Source: Paecilomyces variotii (lineage: Eukaryota). From it: a DNA stretch of 64,000 nt. The stretch lies in assembly GCA_004022145.1 (NCBI GenBank), contig RCNU01000004.1. One strand, 5' to 3'. Shown piece after piece: positions 38,685 to 51,535 of this stretch. Within the stretch, counting starts at the first letter, position 1, and every line of letters begins with the position of its first letter. The notes beneath the pieces are model-generated. The model searched no databases, was not told where the DNA came from, and saw only the letters and a program-made list of their open reading frames with translations. The position numbers and the translations under genes are program-made.

Positions 38685-40186
38685 TTTGGGGTGATGAAGT
38701 TTCCATTCTTTTCACTAATGATGCCCTTTCTTTCCACCTATACTTCTCTTTCTTCCTTGGATTTTTTCCCGAGAACCAAAACCAAAAAAAGAAGATTCTC
38801 ATGATATGATCTGTATAGATATATAGTTTATGCTTTAAGTGGATAATTCATTTACTTATGTCAATCCATGTCCTCAAAGAAAAGTTAGTAGCTTAGCTGT
38901 TAGTGATGTGGATTAGGGACTAGTCTTCTCTTGAAATATCCACATGGAACAATAAACTATGCGGATTAAGCATATTGACCTAACCACCTCTTCAAATAAA
39001 CAATAGTAGAACATGACGCAATAGCATCACCATACACCGATCGAGATCAGCTATAGGAAATAGATCGCAATGAAAACAAGGTTAGATATGGCGTGCCTAT
39101 ACCGAAATTGGAACTATAACTAAACTCGGCGAACATCCCCTCCCGATCCGCAGAGCTCTCTGGCCGCGGGTTCGGTCTATGAGGGGGATGAGTAGCGTGA
39201 TCGCGATCAATACACAACAAAATTTAAACTATCGGGGTTCTCGTAAATATCTAGGTAGTGTAGTGTATGTAAGTAAGGAGGTACTAGTACTGAGAATACA
39301 CGCAGTGTAGCATACGAGAAGGCAAAAAGAAAGCCTTGGGCTCGTGACGAGAAGAGATTTATAGCTTCAAAGGCATTCTTCTATGATAGCTTTTAATTTT
39401 AGCACTCATGAATTGAAGAGCCGGCAGTAGCCGAGGAATGGGTTCTGTTTGGTTTCGTACTCAATGCTGGGTTGATGCTACTCGATGCCAAGCGCACATC
39501 TCATGCTACCTATCCTTCCTAGCATAAGTAGCATCATCCAGAGAATGGAAAAGCCAAACTAAAGTGACTAAACTAAGTCCACGTGTGATGCTGAAACTAA
39601 AACAAAGCTTCCCCGGTCGAGCAATCCGCGCTATCTTGACTAGCTAGGAAGAAAGCTATCGGGGATAGCTGTCATCGACGTCATCTCATTCGACTCCTTA
39701 ACACGGATCGCATGTTCGAAGCTCATTACCTTTCCTTCGGGTCCAGTCGATGCTCACGGGCGGAACCGAACAGTCCACTTCTGCTCTCTTCACCTACGTC
39801 CTCTCGTAGAATTTCTCTGCTCCTCTTTTTGATCTCATGGTGATTGAGAACCCCCGGCAGAGCTTATGATAACGCCCCCCGCACGAGGTAGCTTTACCTA
39901 GGTACCTACCTATTCCGGTACTTAACGTAGCTCTCCGCGATGATGCGATGCGTCCCTGATGAAGGATCGTGAGTGAGAGGCTTGAGCATGAGTCGTATGC
40001 ATACGTGCATCTTCACCGTTTTCTTCTCCGAACGCCAACAGATGGATGCTAGATATTACGAATTTGACCTATCCAGGAAAAAAAGTATATCTACTTATCA
40101 TTCCTGATTTTGTTGGCGATATTCTAACCACTACCTTCAGCTCTCAGACAGCGCCATAAAAAGAACAGAGCGTCCGTTTTGAATCC

Positions 40187-40872
40187 ATGAACAGCACAAA
40201 TAGCACGTCGTCGATGTCGTCGCAAGACTCCGACCATGGCGGCATCGATCACGTCGGGATGATTGTTTCGTTTTCGGTCTTTTCCTTCTTGGTTCTGGAT
40301 ATTATCGTGTATGTTTTATCTTATTCTGCTTTGTTTCTCTAAATAAAGAGAAGAAAGAAAAAAATGAGATAGAAGTCCAAAACTAATTCGTACCAGAATC
40401 TCCCTCTGGACATGCCACCGCTTCGGCCGACCAGACGTTCTCGCGCGTGAACGTCTCAAGTTCAAAACATCATCCAAGGAATCGCGACTACAGAAACTGC
40501 AAAAGGTTGCACCGAAAGAGTCCTTCGACACATGGTGGAAAACGCTTAAATCCGATCTGCATCTATCGAGCGAGGTGGATGGCACGTATGTGTGGTATGT
40601 ATCGCGTTATATATATATACATGCGATCATCTCACTCGGACAGTAATTTAGCTAATGTTATTCCCCTCTACAGTGCAATATGTCTCGAGGCCGTGTCGAG
40701 AACCCAGACCATTCACGAATTGAAATGCCGTCATGTCTTTCACGATGTATGTCTAGAACGGTGGTTTCTCGAGTGCCATTTCACGTGTCCAATGTGTCAT
40801 GCTGTTTTCTATAAGGATCTCGGTGGGGATCGGGATGAGGGAGAAGAGAGAAGTGTGACCGATATAGTATAA
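40187..40872 (+). CDS. Small single-TM RING-H2 E3 ubiquitin ligase
   Basis: Three exons: MNSTNS...hydrophobic GMIVSFSVFSFLVLDIIVISLW, linker, then CAIC...CRHVFHDVC...CPMC; the first Cys is completed only by splicing (intron ~40594-40673). Confidence 0.8.
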
Positions 40873-43061
40873 CGAAGAGTTTGATGATAATATTACTGCT
40901 GGGTTTGTATAGTATGTACAAATCCTATCTAGCGTCGTTCATGTCTTTATCCCCTCCTTTTGGGATTGCGATATATACCCCTGTGTAATAGTAGGTATGT
41001 TACTGAAACGATGACCTGCGTCAAATGTTATGTATGTACCACATATCTGAGAACCAAGTGAGAATAAAACTGATCCTCGAATAATATTTTATTTCCGAAT
41101 ATTGGGTTCTAGCGATATGCACAGTTGTGACTGCGACCTTTCCCTTCAAAAAGGCATCAGGCAAAGAATCCGATCGGCTTAGCCGGTCGAATACTTACAA
41201 GCGCACTACGAATCACCACGGAGAAAATCGGTTATTAAGAAAAGAAAAAATAACCGAAACTGCGGTCAAAATCTATAGATCTATCTAGTGACCGCGAAAA
41301 ATAAACTAATAACTAAACCAGATACTCCACGAAAACAGAACCGCAACTCCATCCCCGGATCCAAAAACACCGAAGACTTGCCGAGCATGAGGCCACGCCG
41401 GGTGGTGCATCTCCCGGGGAGTCGGTTTCGCAAGTAAACTAGATAGTAGATAACTGAACTAGTCGATAGTAGTTGATCGAACTACCTTCTCCGTACATAG
41501 TAATAATCCAATAGTTAACTTAATACTATTACCCCAAGGAGCTCTCGGCCGCAGCCGCTGTCCGTCCCGGACGACAATTGGAAACGAGCAAAAAGAAACG
41601 AGTGAGCTGTCAAGATCTTCCTTTTGGGTGACCGGCTTTGTCTACTTACCTAGCAGCCGTCATTATTAACTAACTATTATCCCTTTTTACTCCACCCCCG
41701 GAAAGGCAGTCAAAGGTATCTACCGTTGAACTCACGGACCAAGAGTCCACGATAGCTCTCCACTTGATGATCGACAACTCTGGAGTTTGAAAATCCTAAA
41801 ATAGTATCCCTGATGATGCGAAACAGGAGGAGCTGGAGGAGCTTTTCTACATACTTCACATCCATAACTAGTCCAACTTGATTGTTTTGGGTCCAATTTG
41901 GCTACCAAGTCTATTATAGATGCTCCGATGTGATCTTTCGGGCATAGAACGGCAATTCGCAGACCGTTGGACAGAATACACTGGTTCCTCACATTATTCA
42001 CACGTCTCCATCAACTGCCGGCAGGAGCTCCGTGTTACCGCATCGTCTTGATTTCAGGAGAAAGGGCCCAAATCGGGTTGATACATCCGATCACCCTGTT
42101 AGACACTTTACCACTCCAGATGCGACACGATGGCACGAGATAGAGGCCATTTCCGATGCAAGCGATGCGAAAATAGACAAATGTACGAAGTAATCACACC
42201 CCTGTACAGAGTAAGAAAGTCTCGAACAAAAGCTCTTCGGCGGCGGGCGCCGACCGGCTCTTCCGACCAGGGTTCCCACGACGAAATGCATCCCATCCCA
42301 TACCATGCCATGCCATGCCATACCTTACCTACTACTATACCCAGTAATAAGTTAGTAGAACTAAACCAATTTCAACGCAGGAGACAAGATTGGTGGGATG
42401 GAATAATCTTGAGGGTTTTTCTCTTTTCCTTTCTTTTTTCCACTTCTCTCCCTTGGCTTGCTTGATAGCATATGATCGCCGTCTGATCTGACAGGGGGGG
42501 CCACGAGAACTAACTGAACTGCCGGAAACACGAACTACAGCACGATAACGACGAATGGATCCATCAGGTGCTAACTAAGCAGATAAGGAGCTGAATCATC
42601 ACGCTTGACGTTCCATGTGATCGAATCTAGAACTCAGACAGGGGTATATGCATCGGGGATTTGAGGAAAGATGGAAGAAAATGAACGAAGACGAAGAAAA
42701 GAAGGAAGAAAACGTGGGACGCGCGTTGTATGATCATGATGCCTGATGCTGGCTCTAAGGCCAACGTTCGGAGAACGGATGTCGTTATCGAAGCGTAAGG
42801 CATTGATTCTTTTCTGATCGCTTCTTTACGGAGTAGGTGGGGAGTAGATAGAGAGATAGATATAACTATTCCGCAAGACTCCTTGGATGATTCCACTCAG
42901 TCAAGCTAGACTATCATCAAAGGTTTCAGCAAGTGTCAGAATCTCTCATACAAAGCCACATATACATTAGGTATCTACTACTACTCCTACTACTCCTAGT
43001 AGTACACACAAACCAGTTCCCTCCAAAATTACACCTTCCAACCAAAACCACAACCACAACC

Positions 43062-43472
43062 ATGAGAATCCACCGTCTAGCTGCTCTAGGCAGTATCTCT
43101 AGCACCCGAAAGCCTCAACAGCTCAACCCCCAAAAACAACAACAGCAACAACCACAACCACCACAACTTCCAGCGCAAAAACACACCGCAACTCCCGGAC
43201 CACAAGCAACTCCACAAATACCTCGTCTCCCCTACCCACGAACACGACAAGATTTCCTCGCCTACCGACTCAGCGGCATCTCCCGCCACAAGCTTTGTCA
43301 GGAGTCTTCAGATCCCGAACATGACCTGCGTCGCTACGTGGGCAACGCAGCTGTGAATCGCGCTTCGGTGGACTGGGTGCATCACGATCTGATGCGGAGA
43401 GTCGATGAGATCGAGGAGCGTCAGAGACAAGTCATGGCTGGGATAGAAGTTATGCATTTAGAAGCTGTTTGA
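43062..43472 (+). CDS. Small Q/P-rich protein with an ECM13-like motif
   Basis: ATG in ACAACCATG context; YRLSGISRHKLCQESSDPEHDLRRYVGNAAV resembles the fungal ECM13-like AR.KL..EA...DH.LR.LVGHA motif. Confidence 0.55.
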   Translation: MRIHRLAALGSISSTRKPQQLNPQKQQQQQPQPPQLPAQKHTATPGPQATPQIPRLPYPRTRQDFLAYRLSGISRHKLCQESSDPEHDLRRYVGNAAVNRASVDWVHHDLMRRVDEIEERQRQVMAGIEVMHLEAV

Positions 43473-44862
43473 AGTGAGTTCTGGCTGTGATATATTTCCT
43501 TTTGAATGCCATGCTAATACGGCCATGATAGACTGAGATCCGAATGAAAGAATCAAAAGCATCGTGTTTCGTGATCCCTCATACCCGGCAACAACGGCCG
43601 TCTCGAGATCAACTGCATACAATATCAGCGTGGATATGGGAAAGGTCGGATGACGAGGGAAAATATATCCCTTTTTCTACGATGTCTTAATAGCGAAGGT
43701 GTAAAGGCGTCTTTTTTTTTTTACCAGATAGGCGTTCAGCGGACGAATTCTAACAATAGGATCTGGGTTATATGGGATATCTACATTAGTAATACCTATT
43801 CAAATATTTGAGTTCCTCAGCAGAGACGTGACCGATAAATTTGATTTTTTTTTTTTTTTTTTCTTTACACACGCACTTTTACATAGACAGCATCAAGGCA
43901 TTGAGTTTCAAAACAACCAGTTCGATATCGAGATAGGACATCTTGTTCGATTCTCATTCTACGATTTTAAACAATATATCTGACCTAAAGAAAACAAGAA
44001 TGTAAGAAAACGCGTAGACTCGGCTTTTGTTGTGTCACTTTTGTTATCTAGTACTGGACTTCCCAATATATAACGCCATGACGAAGAGACAGACATGAAG
44101 ATCTCCAAAGAACGATCTAGATACAAGCATTAGTTCATTCCACATCCACCAACTAACTCAAGCCACTTCGGCCTTTATCGCAAATCACAGCTCTCGTCGA
44201 CTAAAACCCGAAATCAACGAATCTTCCGATTATGACTCAATACATACGCCTCCCTTTTACGATCCCAAGAAACCCTGATTCATGGCACTGTTCCCGCAGT
44301 ATATGTCCTCACATTACTTTTTATAATTATACACACAAACCCTTCAATCAAAACCCAAACCCTAGACAGGGCCCAGGATCTCCACACCGAATTTAGTTCC
44401 GTTCCACAATGACGGACTAAGCACCTACTCTCTGCCTCCCCCAGATTCAGATCGTGTTTAGACTCTAAAATGTTTATTCGCCACTGCGGCGCTGGGGAAT
44501 CACCCCACTGAATGACTTCGGCTAGAGATGGTGTGTACCTATGGGAGAGTTTTATGACATATGTTAAGATCTAGAGCGAGTCTTGTTTTATTAGCCTGGG
44601 TTTACTTATTGAAATGTTGGATAGAATAGCATAGTGAGTGAGTGAGTCATAGGCCCTTTCTGCGTCGTAGATTGCATTGCCGAGCAGGATGGTTTTTCAT
44701 ATCTTGTTATTTTAGAAAGTAGTAAACATAAAGTACAGTCTTTTGAAATATGTATATTTATACAACCCCCCCTCCCACCTTTTCAAAGCCGTATATTCCG
44801 TCGTACCCCGCAAACAACAACAATCAAACCTTTTTATATTCTATCCTATTTCACAACAAACA

Positions 44863-45408
44863 ATGAAGAGCTCCAAACCCCTCAAACCACACAGAGATAG
44901 AGTTGCCCATCCACCTATGATGATGATGGCAAAACCTCCATCACCACCACACTTCCTTTACGTCCCTGCCAGTTCGATGGCTTCTCGCAGAGATATCGAA
45001 CAATCTTCATACTCTACCACGCCAGCACTTTCTCAAGGCGCACATACGCCTCCGAGCGGACAAATGACTTATTATCTTCCAGAGGAAGAACTAGCCGCTG
45101 TTGATGACGTGTTGAGAGCAAAGTTGTTCAAAGACATGATTCACGGCGGACTTGAACGCGTCGTGTTGCTCGAAGCCAATGAAGCGACGACGACGACAAC
45201 AACAACGAAGGAAATCAACGTCGAGCAGAGCGGTGGTGGTGGTGGTGGTGGTGGTGACATCTCTTCAGAAAACCACAACGATATTATTATACCTACTCAT
45301 CCTTCTCCAAGTCCTAGACCTAGTCAAGGGGAAGTCGAGGCTGAAGCTGAAGCTGATGGGAAGAAGAAGCCAGACACAAAAGAACAGCTCAAGGGAAGCA
45401 AGCATTAG
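44863..45408 (+). CDS. Hypothetical low-complexity protein (orphan)
   Basis: ATG in ACAATG context after an AC-rich leader; 181-codon ORF with poly-M/T/G tracts; no recognisable domain. Confidence 0.45.
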   Translation: MKSSKPLKPHRDRVAHPPMMMMAKPPSPPHFLYVPASSMASRRDIEQSSYSTTPALSQGAHTPPSGQMTYYLPEEELAAVDDVLRAKLFKDMIHGGLERVVLLEANEATTTTTTTKEINVEQSGGGGGGGGDISSENHNDIIIPTHPSPSPRPSQGEVEAEAEADGKKKPDTKEQLKGSKH

Positions 45409-46591
45409 TTAATTCAGTGTGCTCCCTCCCTCCCTCCCATTAGCATCGTATCAGTTCACTTACACAGCCCAGAACTCTCGCTAATGGTCATTTATGAAAA
45501 TTTCTAGACCGGCATTCAAGGCGGAGATCCTAATGTTTTTACATTGGTGCCACTCCTTTGAAAATTGAAACTTCCTTCCTTTGCCTTCCTGATATATTTG
45601 TCAATGGGAGATGATATTCGAAAGTTTGACATTGATCAAGAAGATCTATATAATGGCTCAATGTGTTGGAATGGATGTTGCAGAATGAGTGGGAGTGGTT
45701 TATATGACTCGAATGGCTTCAGAAGAAACTTTTTGCAGAGAGTCAGATATCCGGCTCTCTTTATCTCTCTTCTCTTCTGAATTGGCCGGATGATCACTTC
45801 ATGCATTAATGAAAGGAATTATGTGAGTAGATCGATTGAGAACTTGGTGATTATCAGAGATGGTCGTTGAATTTCATGACTCTTTTCTCCTAGGTTTGCA
45901 GAATCAGCGCATCGGTTAACCGATTGGAAGATCGAGTTGGTAAAGATATGTGATGGAGTATCTCGAAGTCTGTCTCTATAGTTCGCAATTGACCGGCGAC
46001 CCGAGCAAAACAACGCATTGCACTCTTAATCGTTTATCAGTCGATCTTTAGTTGGCCTATCCAACAGTTTACCTAGTTAGAGTCGGTGACTGACCACTCA
46101 GTATCTGTGGTTTCACCTGGTATCATCCAAGTTAACCAAGTATGAATTACGATATAAAGGTCACATACGATGTCCACTCGTGTCTCGGATATACCCTGCC
46201 AATATAAAAGTGACAGTATTCTGCCCCGATCATTGGATGTAGCGAGATTCTACGGCGTCCACGAGTTGATAGTCCTCTGCGGACGGTTTTGAGAACTCCA
46301 GTCTTTACAGCAAATTTGGTAGAGATCAGGACTTTTAATATTCAGGTTCATGCACTTGACGTTCGTTAATATTGAATTATTGATTGTTCAAGACCTTTCA
46401 TGGCTCATGCTGGAGGACTCCCGGATACAAACACAGTATAGCTAGCCCTAACAACCAAGACAGGAGGTATATGTACAGTTCATCTAGAGTTACACGAGGA
46501 AAACGAAGTCTAAATCCGATATCGGTATCCTCAAATCGTCAAAAAAAGATTTGACCGCATGAAATTCGTGGTATACATGCTGAAAAGCAGT

Positions 46592-48059
46592 TTAGACCTC
46601 CACTTTCGTGGGAATCTTGACCATACCCTTCTTTCGGTCATAGGATGGCACACCATATCTGCGACCGGGTGCAGCAGAGCCGCGTCCATCCACACCGGTG
46701 GTCTCGCGGCTGACAACAACATCCTTGAAACGGAACTCAAACCGCGATGAGTCTGGTTCCACATGTGTGATTCGTTTCTCGCGGCGCTCTTGCGCTAGCT
46801 GCTTGCGCTCCTGTTCTGCGGCCTCTTCCTCCTTGAGGCGCTGCTCGTAGCGCTTCATCCGCTCTCTGTGCTCAGAAGGATTGGCCCGACGGTCACGCTC
46901 GAATGAGATCAGGTGTGGGTGCGGGATGCGCACATCAGCAGGTTGCAGGACTTCAATCTCATCTGCGCCCTTGCCGACACGTTCGACCTCTTCAGGATGA
47001 CGGGTAAGCTGGCTGGTGATATCAGCTGGGTCAGCGTTTCTGAGCTCTGCTTCTCGACTATGCTCAAGGGCAGGAGCGCCAGAGAATACACGACCAGCAT
47101 CAATACGGGTGAACTGTCTTGATTCAGAGACGGGATAGAATATTTGTGGGTCGGTAAGTCGGTGGACAGGCAGGTCGTTGATAGATTCATGAGGAACCTG
47201 AGGTTGGCCCTTCTCAGCTAGTGGCGTGGTAGGGACCATCTCTCGTACGGCACGCGCGTAAGGCAGAGCCAGAGGTTTTCCCTAGACAATATTGTCAGTC
47301 TCAGAGTATGGCAGATCTGAACGTATTGAGTTTGGAGAATAGATAATGCAAGTTTCAGAGAGTTGTAATTCTAGGTAAACATCCTCCAGCTGGGAATGCA
47401 GGAGTCTTAAAGACTAATCGATTTTGGTTTTGCTCATCATTGCAGAAGGGCAGAGGACTGTGTTGATATTGTGAAGAGGATTGGATACATACCTCTCGCT
47501 TCCATCTCTTCTCCAACTCGACTAGTCGTACTACAGCACCGACTCTCCTCATATCAACACCCAGCTCCACACTAACGGCACGCACGCTCCTCTTCTGCAC
47601 CACGACCCGCTGGTAAATCTCGTTACGGAGTTCTTCACTCAGTATAGGCTCGCTAACGAACGAGGGGTTCAAGGGGAAAGGTCGCGGAGCTCGTGATCGC
47701 TCTTCAGGAGCGCTTGCTCCGGACGCCGCACCCTCCGCCGAGGCACTGCCATCGGCCGACTGCTCGCTAGGCTTCTCCTGGGACTTGGCCTTGCGGTCTT
47801 TGATATCCGTGAGGTAGTTTGTAGTTCCGGGGATGTGATGCTTCAGAGCAGCTCCCTCGGTGTTCAACCACTCAAACATTTGGTTGCGGAGGCGGGTTTG
47901 AGAAGAGAGTGTGGATGAGAAGGGGCGGCATGTTGAGGGAGTTGAGGTATATGTGGGTACTGAGAGGAGAGAGGAGGAGGATGAGGGACATGTCGACTGT
48001 GAAGAAAGGTAGGGTAGTAGCGAGTTCGAGACTCGCAAGCTGGATATCCGGGGAGGCAT
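46592..48059 (-). CDS. Mitochondrial ribosomal small subunit protein mS45 (MRPS35/Bot1 family)
   Basis: Ser/Arg-rich presequence; RPFPLNPSFVSEPILSEELRNEIY...SVRAVSVELGVDMRRVGAVVRL; intron 47282-47492; FYPVSESRQFTRIDA; RYGVPSYDRKKGMVKIPT. Confidence 0.88.
47347..47444 (-). ncRNA. Intronic box C/D snoRNA with two LSU rRNA antisense elements
   Basis: Box C ATGATGA (47434-47440), box D CTGA (47355-47358), terminal stem TGCAA/TTGCA; guides antisense to LSU rRNA AAAGACTAATCGA (47409-47421) and GAGTTGTAATT (47360-47370). Confidence 0.85.
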
Positions 48060-49729
48060 GGTGGCAGATATGTAGTGTCAGTGATTGAGTGATGACACAA
48101 ATGGAATAAACACTGCAATTGACACTCCCCCTGCCTTATGAGGAGGGTGGAATGAGGATGTTCTGTTATATGCTCCTCTCGAAGAGGATGTTGTGAGTAG
48201 AGAGAATCGGACAACCGCGCGGAAAGTTTTTCTGCAGGGGTGGTGGTCCGTGCGGACACACACGTGACTTACTATGTGGCCCACTCTGGCTCAACCAGTA
48301 CCTAGGTAGGTAGTAATTCAGTGTTATTCATATTTTTATACCAAATGACAAGTGCATATTCAAGAAATAGGTTTGGAAATAGAGCTTCAAATCTGAGTGA
48401 CTCCAGTCCAACTGCTGAGACAGACGGCTACTATCTATAGAGGATCCCTACTGCACACATGCTTCTACAAGAGTTGTACCAACTGCTCTGCTAACATTCT
48501 TTTTTCTTTTTTGTTCTTGAGCCCGACGTATCATCAAGATCAAGTAATGTGAGATGAGCTAAGCTAGCAGAATAAGCAAATGTCTGACAAAGGAGAAAAA
48601 GTAGAAAGCAAAAGGTAAGCTACTAGCAGACAAAACGCCCCTCAGAGAGAGGCCGAGCGACGAAGTGGAAATACAAGTGGGGAAGGCTCCATGCTGGAGA
48701 ACCTGCTCCACCAGAAGAGCAGCAGTGCCGCAATGAAAGAGATGTATCATGTAAAATAGCGCGCCTCTTTTCCCATGTCCTATCCCGATTCCTTTAAAGG
48801 GTAAACCGCTGAAGCGACAGAAGATTGCACATAGAGTCAAACAACAAATCAAAAGCGATCCGATCCGAGATGATAAACAATGCAAACATAGGATTAGAAG
48901 CCAGAATGCAAAATGCTGCAAGATCCATAGGCCAACAACAGCCAGACGCCCTTTCCCAGGTCCGAGGACTCATCAAGGCCTCGGATATGTGTATTCGTAT
49001 ATGCGTGTAGTGTGAACGCCTTCACAATGTTTCTCAGGATAGATATCTCATCCTGTATATTGCATGCATCATACCGTATCGAAGGGAGAATAGAGAACGA
49101 GGTGCTGCCTGATGGAGGTCACAGCAGAATACAAAGAAAACACATCAGGGTAAAACGAGAACCGCACAATAGCAACCCCCCCCAATGACTCGCTCTTCTT
49201 CCTACACACCTGCGACACTTTCATCCAGGAAAACACTCAGACGCCGTAAAATGGACGCTTGCAAAGGGGGAATCATTCTTTTCCAGCATGATCAAACGAA
49301 CAAGGCCAAGAGAAACGAACAGGAAGAAATGTTCAAGAAAAGAGAAAAGGGAAACGGCATGGTGCTAACTGAAATGACAATCTTCCTTTTCTCACAAGAA
49401 TCTGAGAGAACGAAATGCAGGTGAGAAGACCGAGATATTGCTGCTGACCGACCAACTCGAAAGTTTGGAGGCCATATGGTGCGTAAGCTGCGAGTGTCTC
49501 TAGGCAACGCCATTATGGAAGAGAAAATATATAGCGCCGGATTTGCCGCAGTGCGAAGAGGAAAGATTCGAATAAGAGGAAATTATCTTTGATCAACATC
49601 TCTTGGGACTCGTGGAGACTCCCAAATTGCTGCTTGGGCTCGCTAAAGCCAGGCAACCCCAGTACGCCGCTTATGACCCAGTCGTCATCAAACATGCCGG
49701 ACATTATGGAATATGCAATTTGCCGTAAT

Positions 49730-51535
49730 CTATCGGCCCATCATGTAATCAGGGTAAAGGTTGTTGAAGCTTCCTAAAGGATGTCCCGCGGAAGCGCCAG
49801 TAATCCCTCCCGCTAGAGTTGAAGCTGACATAGGATTCATGCCATTGGTTCTGATGCCAAGTCCAGTGTTCGGACCGAACGAAGCATTCGGCACCAGCGA
49901 GTGCGGATTTCCAGGAGGGATAGGAACATTCCTCACGCCGACTGGAACACCAAGACCGGGAGGCGCAGAAAGCCCTGGAGGCGGCCCAGTCGCAGTCGAA
50001 AACATCGGATTTGGCACACCAGCCAGGCCGTTGGCACTGTGATTACCACCGGGCGGGGTGAGAGGGGTTGATGAATTCATACTACCGGGCTGACCGTTGC
50101 GGACTCCAAGAGGGTTCTTCGAGAAACTGAGACGAATGCCGGTCTTGACACTGTTGGAAAGCTTGTAACCGTAGAGCTCGTTGAGCGCTTTGCTCGCCAT
50201 GGCGATTTCATCAAACTCCACAAAGCACATCGGTCCATTCTGCTTGTTTCGGAAACAAAGACGCTTATAACCCCGCTGCTTCGAAAAGAGAGACTTAAGC
50301 TCTTCCTCGGATGTATCGGCGGGTAAGTTGCCGACGTAGAGCGTATTGCAAGGTGGGTTGAGGTCGTTGGGATTGGCAGCTGGCAGGCTGTGGCGCGGGG
50401 TATGTTGGTTCGGATAATGGAAGCCATGATTTCCTGGTACATTATTAGGGGCCAATGTCGATGAGGGCGTCTGAACACCCATGCGCGCCGAACCCGGTCC
50501 GTAGCTCTGGATGGGAGAAGTCATATTGGACGTCGTCAGAGACAAATTGGCAAAGCGGTTAGTCGGAATCTGAGGGTTGGTGGACCTTCTAGGCATCGAA
50601 ACAGAGCCGGCATGTCCGTTCTGAGCATAGCCAACGGGGTCTTTGAGCAATTCTCCCGTTTCCTCGTCCAAATCTTGGTCGATCACAGACTTGCCACTGA
50701 CACGAGGAAGATCACTGATTCCATTTCCGATAGGAGACTGCGGGGAGAAAAGGCTGTGCAGTCGGGAGTTCGTATCTGGAGTGGGGAGTGGATCGCCATT
50801 GGTCTGAGATAGACCGTTCGTGGTGTTGAGACGCTCCAGACTCTGGAATGTGCCGTTAAAACGAGAAGACTGACGGCCTAGTGGACCTCCGGATGGCATA
50901 CCACCGGACATGCCGCGCGCAGGGGTGTGGTCGACAGTATTGCGTCTGCCAGTTAGTGCGATCGTAGAAGGTCCCGGATACATCTCCACGATCATGTTGG
51001 CTTCGTTCTTCGAGTTTGGCTTTCCATCCAGTAGCGCCCTTGCTTCTTCTGCTGCTCCTAACGTGTTGAAACGGGCAATAGCACTCAAAAATCCGTTGTC
51101 TTCAGGGAGATCTGAAGCGACAAAATCCGCATCAATGAAATCTTTGGCGAACAAGAGCATGCTTCGCAGAGCCTCGCGGCTTGTGTTTCGCGGGAGCTTG
51201 CGCATCAGGATAGCGCCGCTATGGCCCATCCTGCCAAAGCCGTTCATGCCTTGCGCAGTTCGATCGGAGTCGGCTAGACGCATGGCGGTTGAAACACTGT
51301 CGAGGGAACTGGCGGCACCGATCGGGAACGGGTATCCAAGGGATGTTTGTGCTTGCGACACAGTGGGATTATAGACGTCGCTGGTCGACATCGCATTGTG
51401 AGCCGTCGAGGACGCCTGAGAGAAGGGGACAGACTGGCTAGGAGGCGAAGAGCCAGAGGATAAGGAAGCAGTGCGTTGTGCCGTGGTATAGGACCCGGGG
51501 CTCGTGCGGTTAGACTGGTTCGAACTCCCACCCAT
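49730..51535 (-). CDS. RRM RNA-binding protein, Whi3/Scw1-like
   Basis: [18 protein letters not shown]...[25 protein letters not shown]...[17 protein letters not shown] plus degenerate N-terminal RRM; first ATG 51535; an upstream coding exon cannot be excluded. Confidence 0.88.
   Translation of the reverse strand: MGGSSNQSNRTSPGSYTTAQRTASLSSGSSPPSQSVPFSQASSTAHNAMSTSDVYNPTVSQAQTSLGYPFPIGAASSLDSVSTAMRLADSDRTAQGMNGFGRMGHSGAILMRKLPRNTSREALRSMLLFAKDFIDADFVASDLPEDNGFLSAIARFNTLGAAEEARALLDGKPNSKNEANMIVEMYPGPSTIALTGRRNTVDHTPARGMSGGMPSGGPLGRQSSRFNGTFQSLERLNTTNGLSQTNGDPLPTPDTNSRLHSLFSPQSPIGNGISDLPRVSGKSVIDQDLDEETGELLKDPVGYAQNGHAGSVSMPRRSTNPQIPTNRFANLSLTTSNMTSPIQSYGPGSARMGVQTPSSTLAPNNVPGNHGFHYPNQHTPRHSLPAANPNDLNPPCNTLYVGNLPADTSEEELKSLFSKQRGYKRLCFRNKQNGPMCFVEFDEIAMASKALNELYGYKLSNSVKTGIRLSFSKNPLGVRNGQPGSMNSSTPLTPPGGNHSANGLAGVPNPMFSTATGPPPGLSAPPGLGVPVGVRNVPIPPGNPHSLVPNASFGPNTGLGIRTNGMNPMSASTLAGGITGASAGHPLGSFNNLYPDYMMGR

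Noticed and set aside
45565-45830. Possible decayed coding fragment (WLNVLEWMLQNEWEWFI*LEWLQKK...)
   Set aside because: Short, interrupted and not assignable to any family by eye; needs tBLASTx
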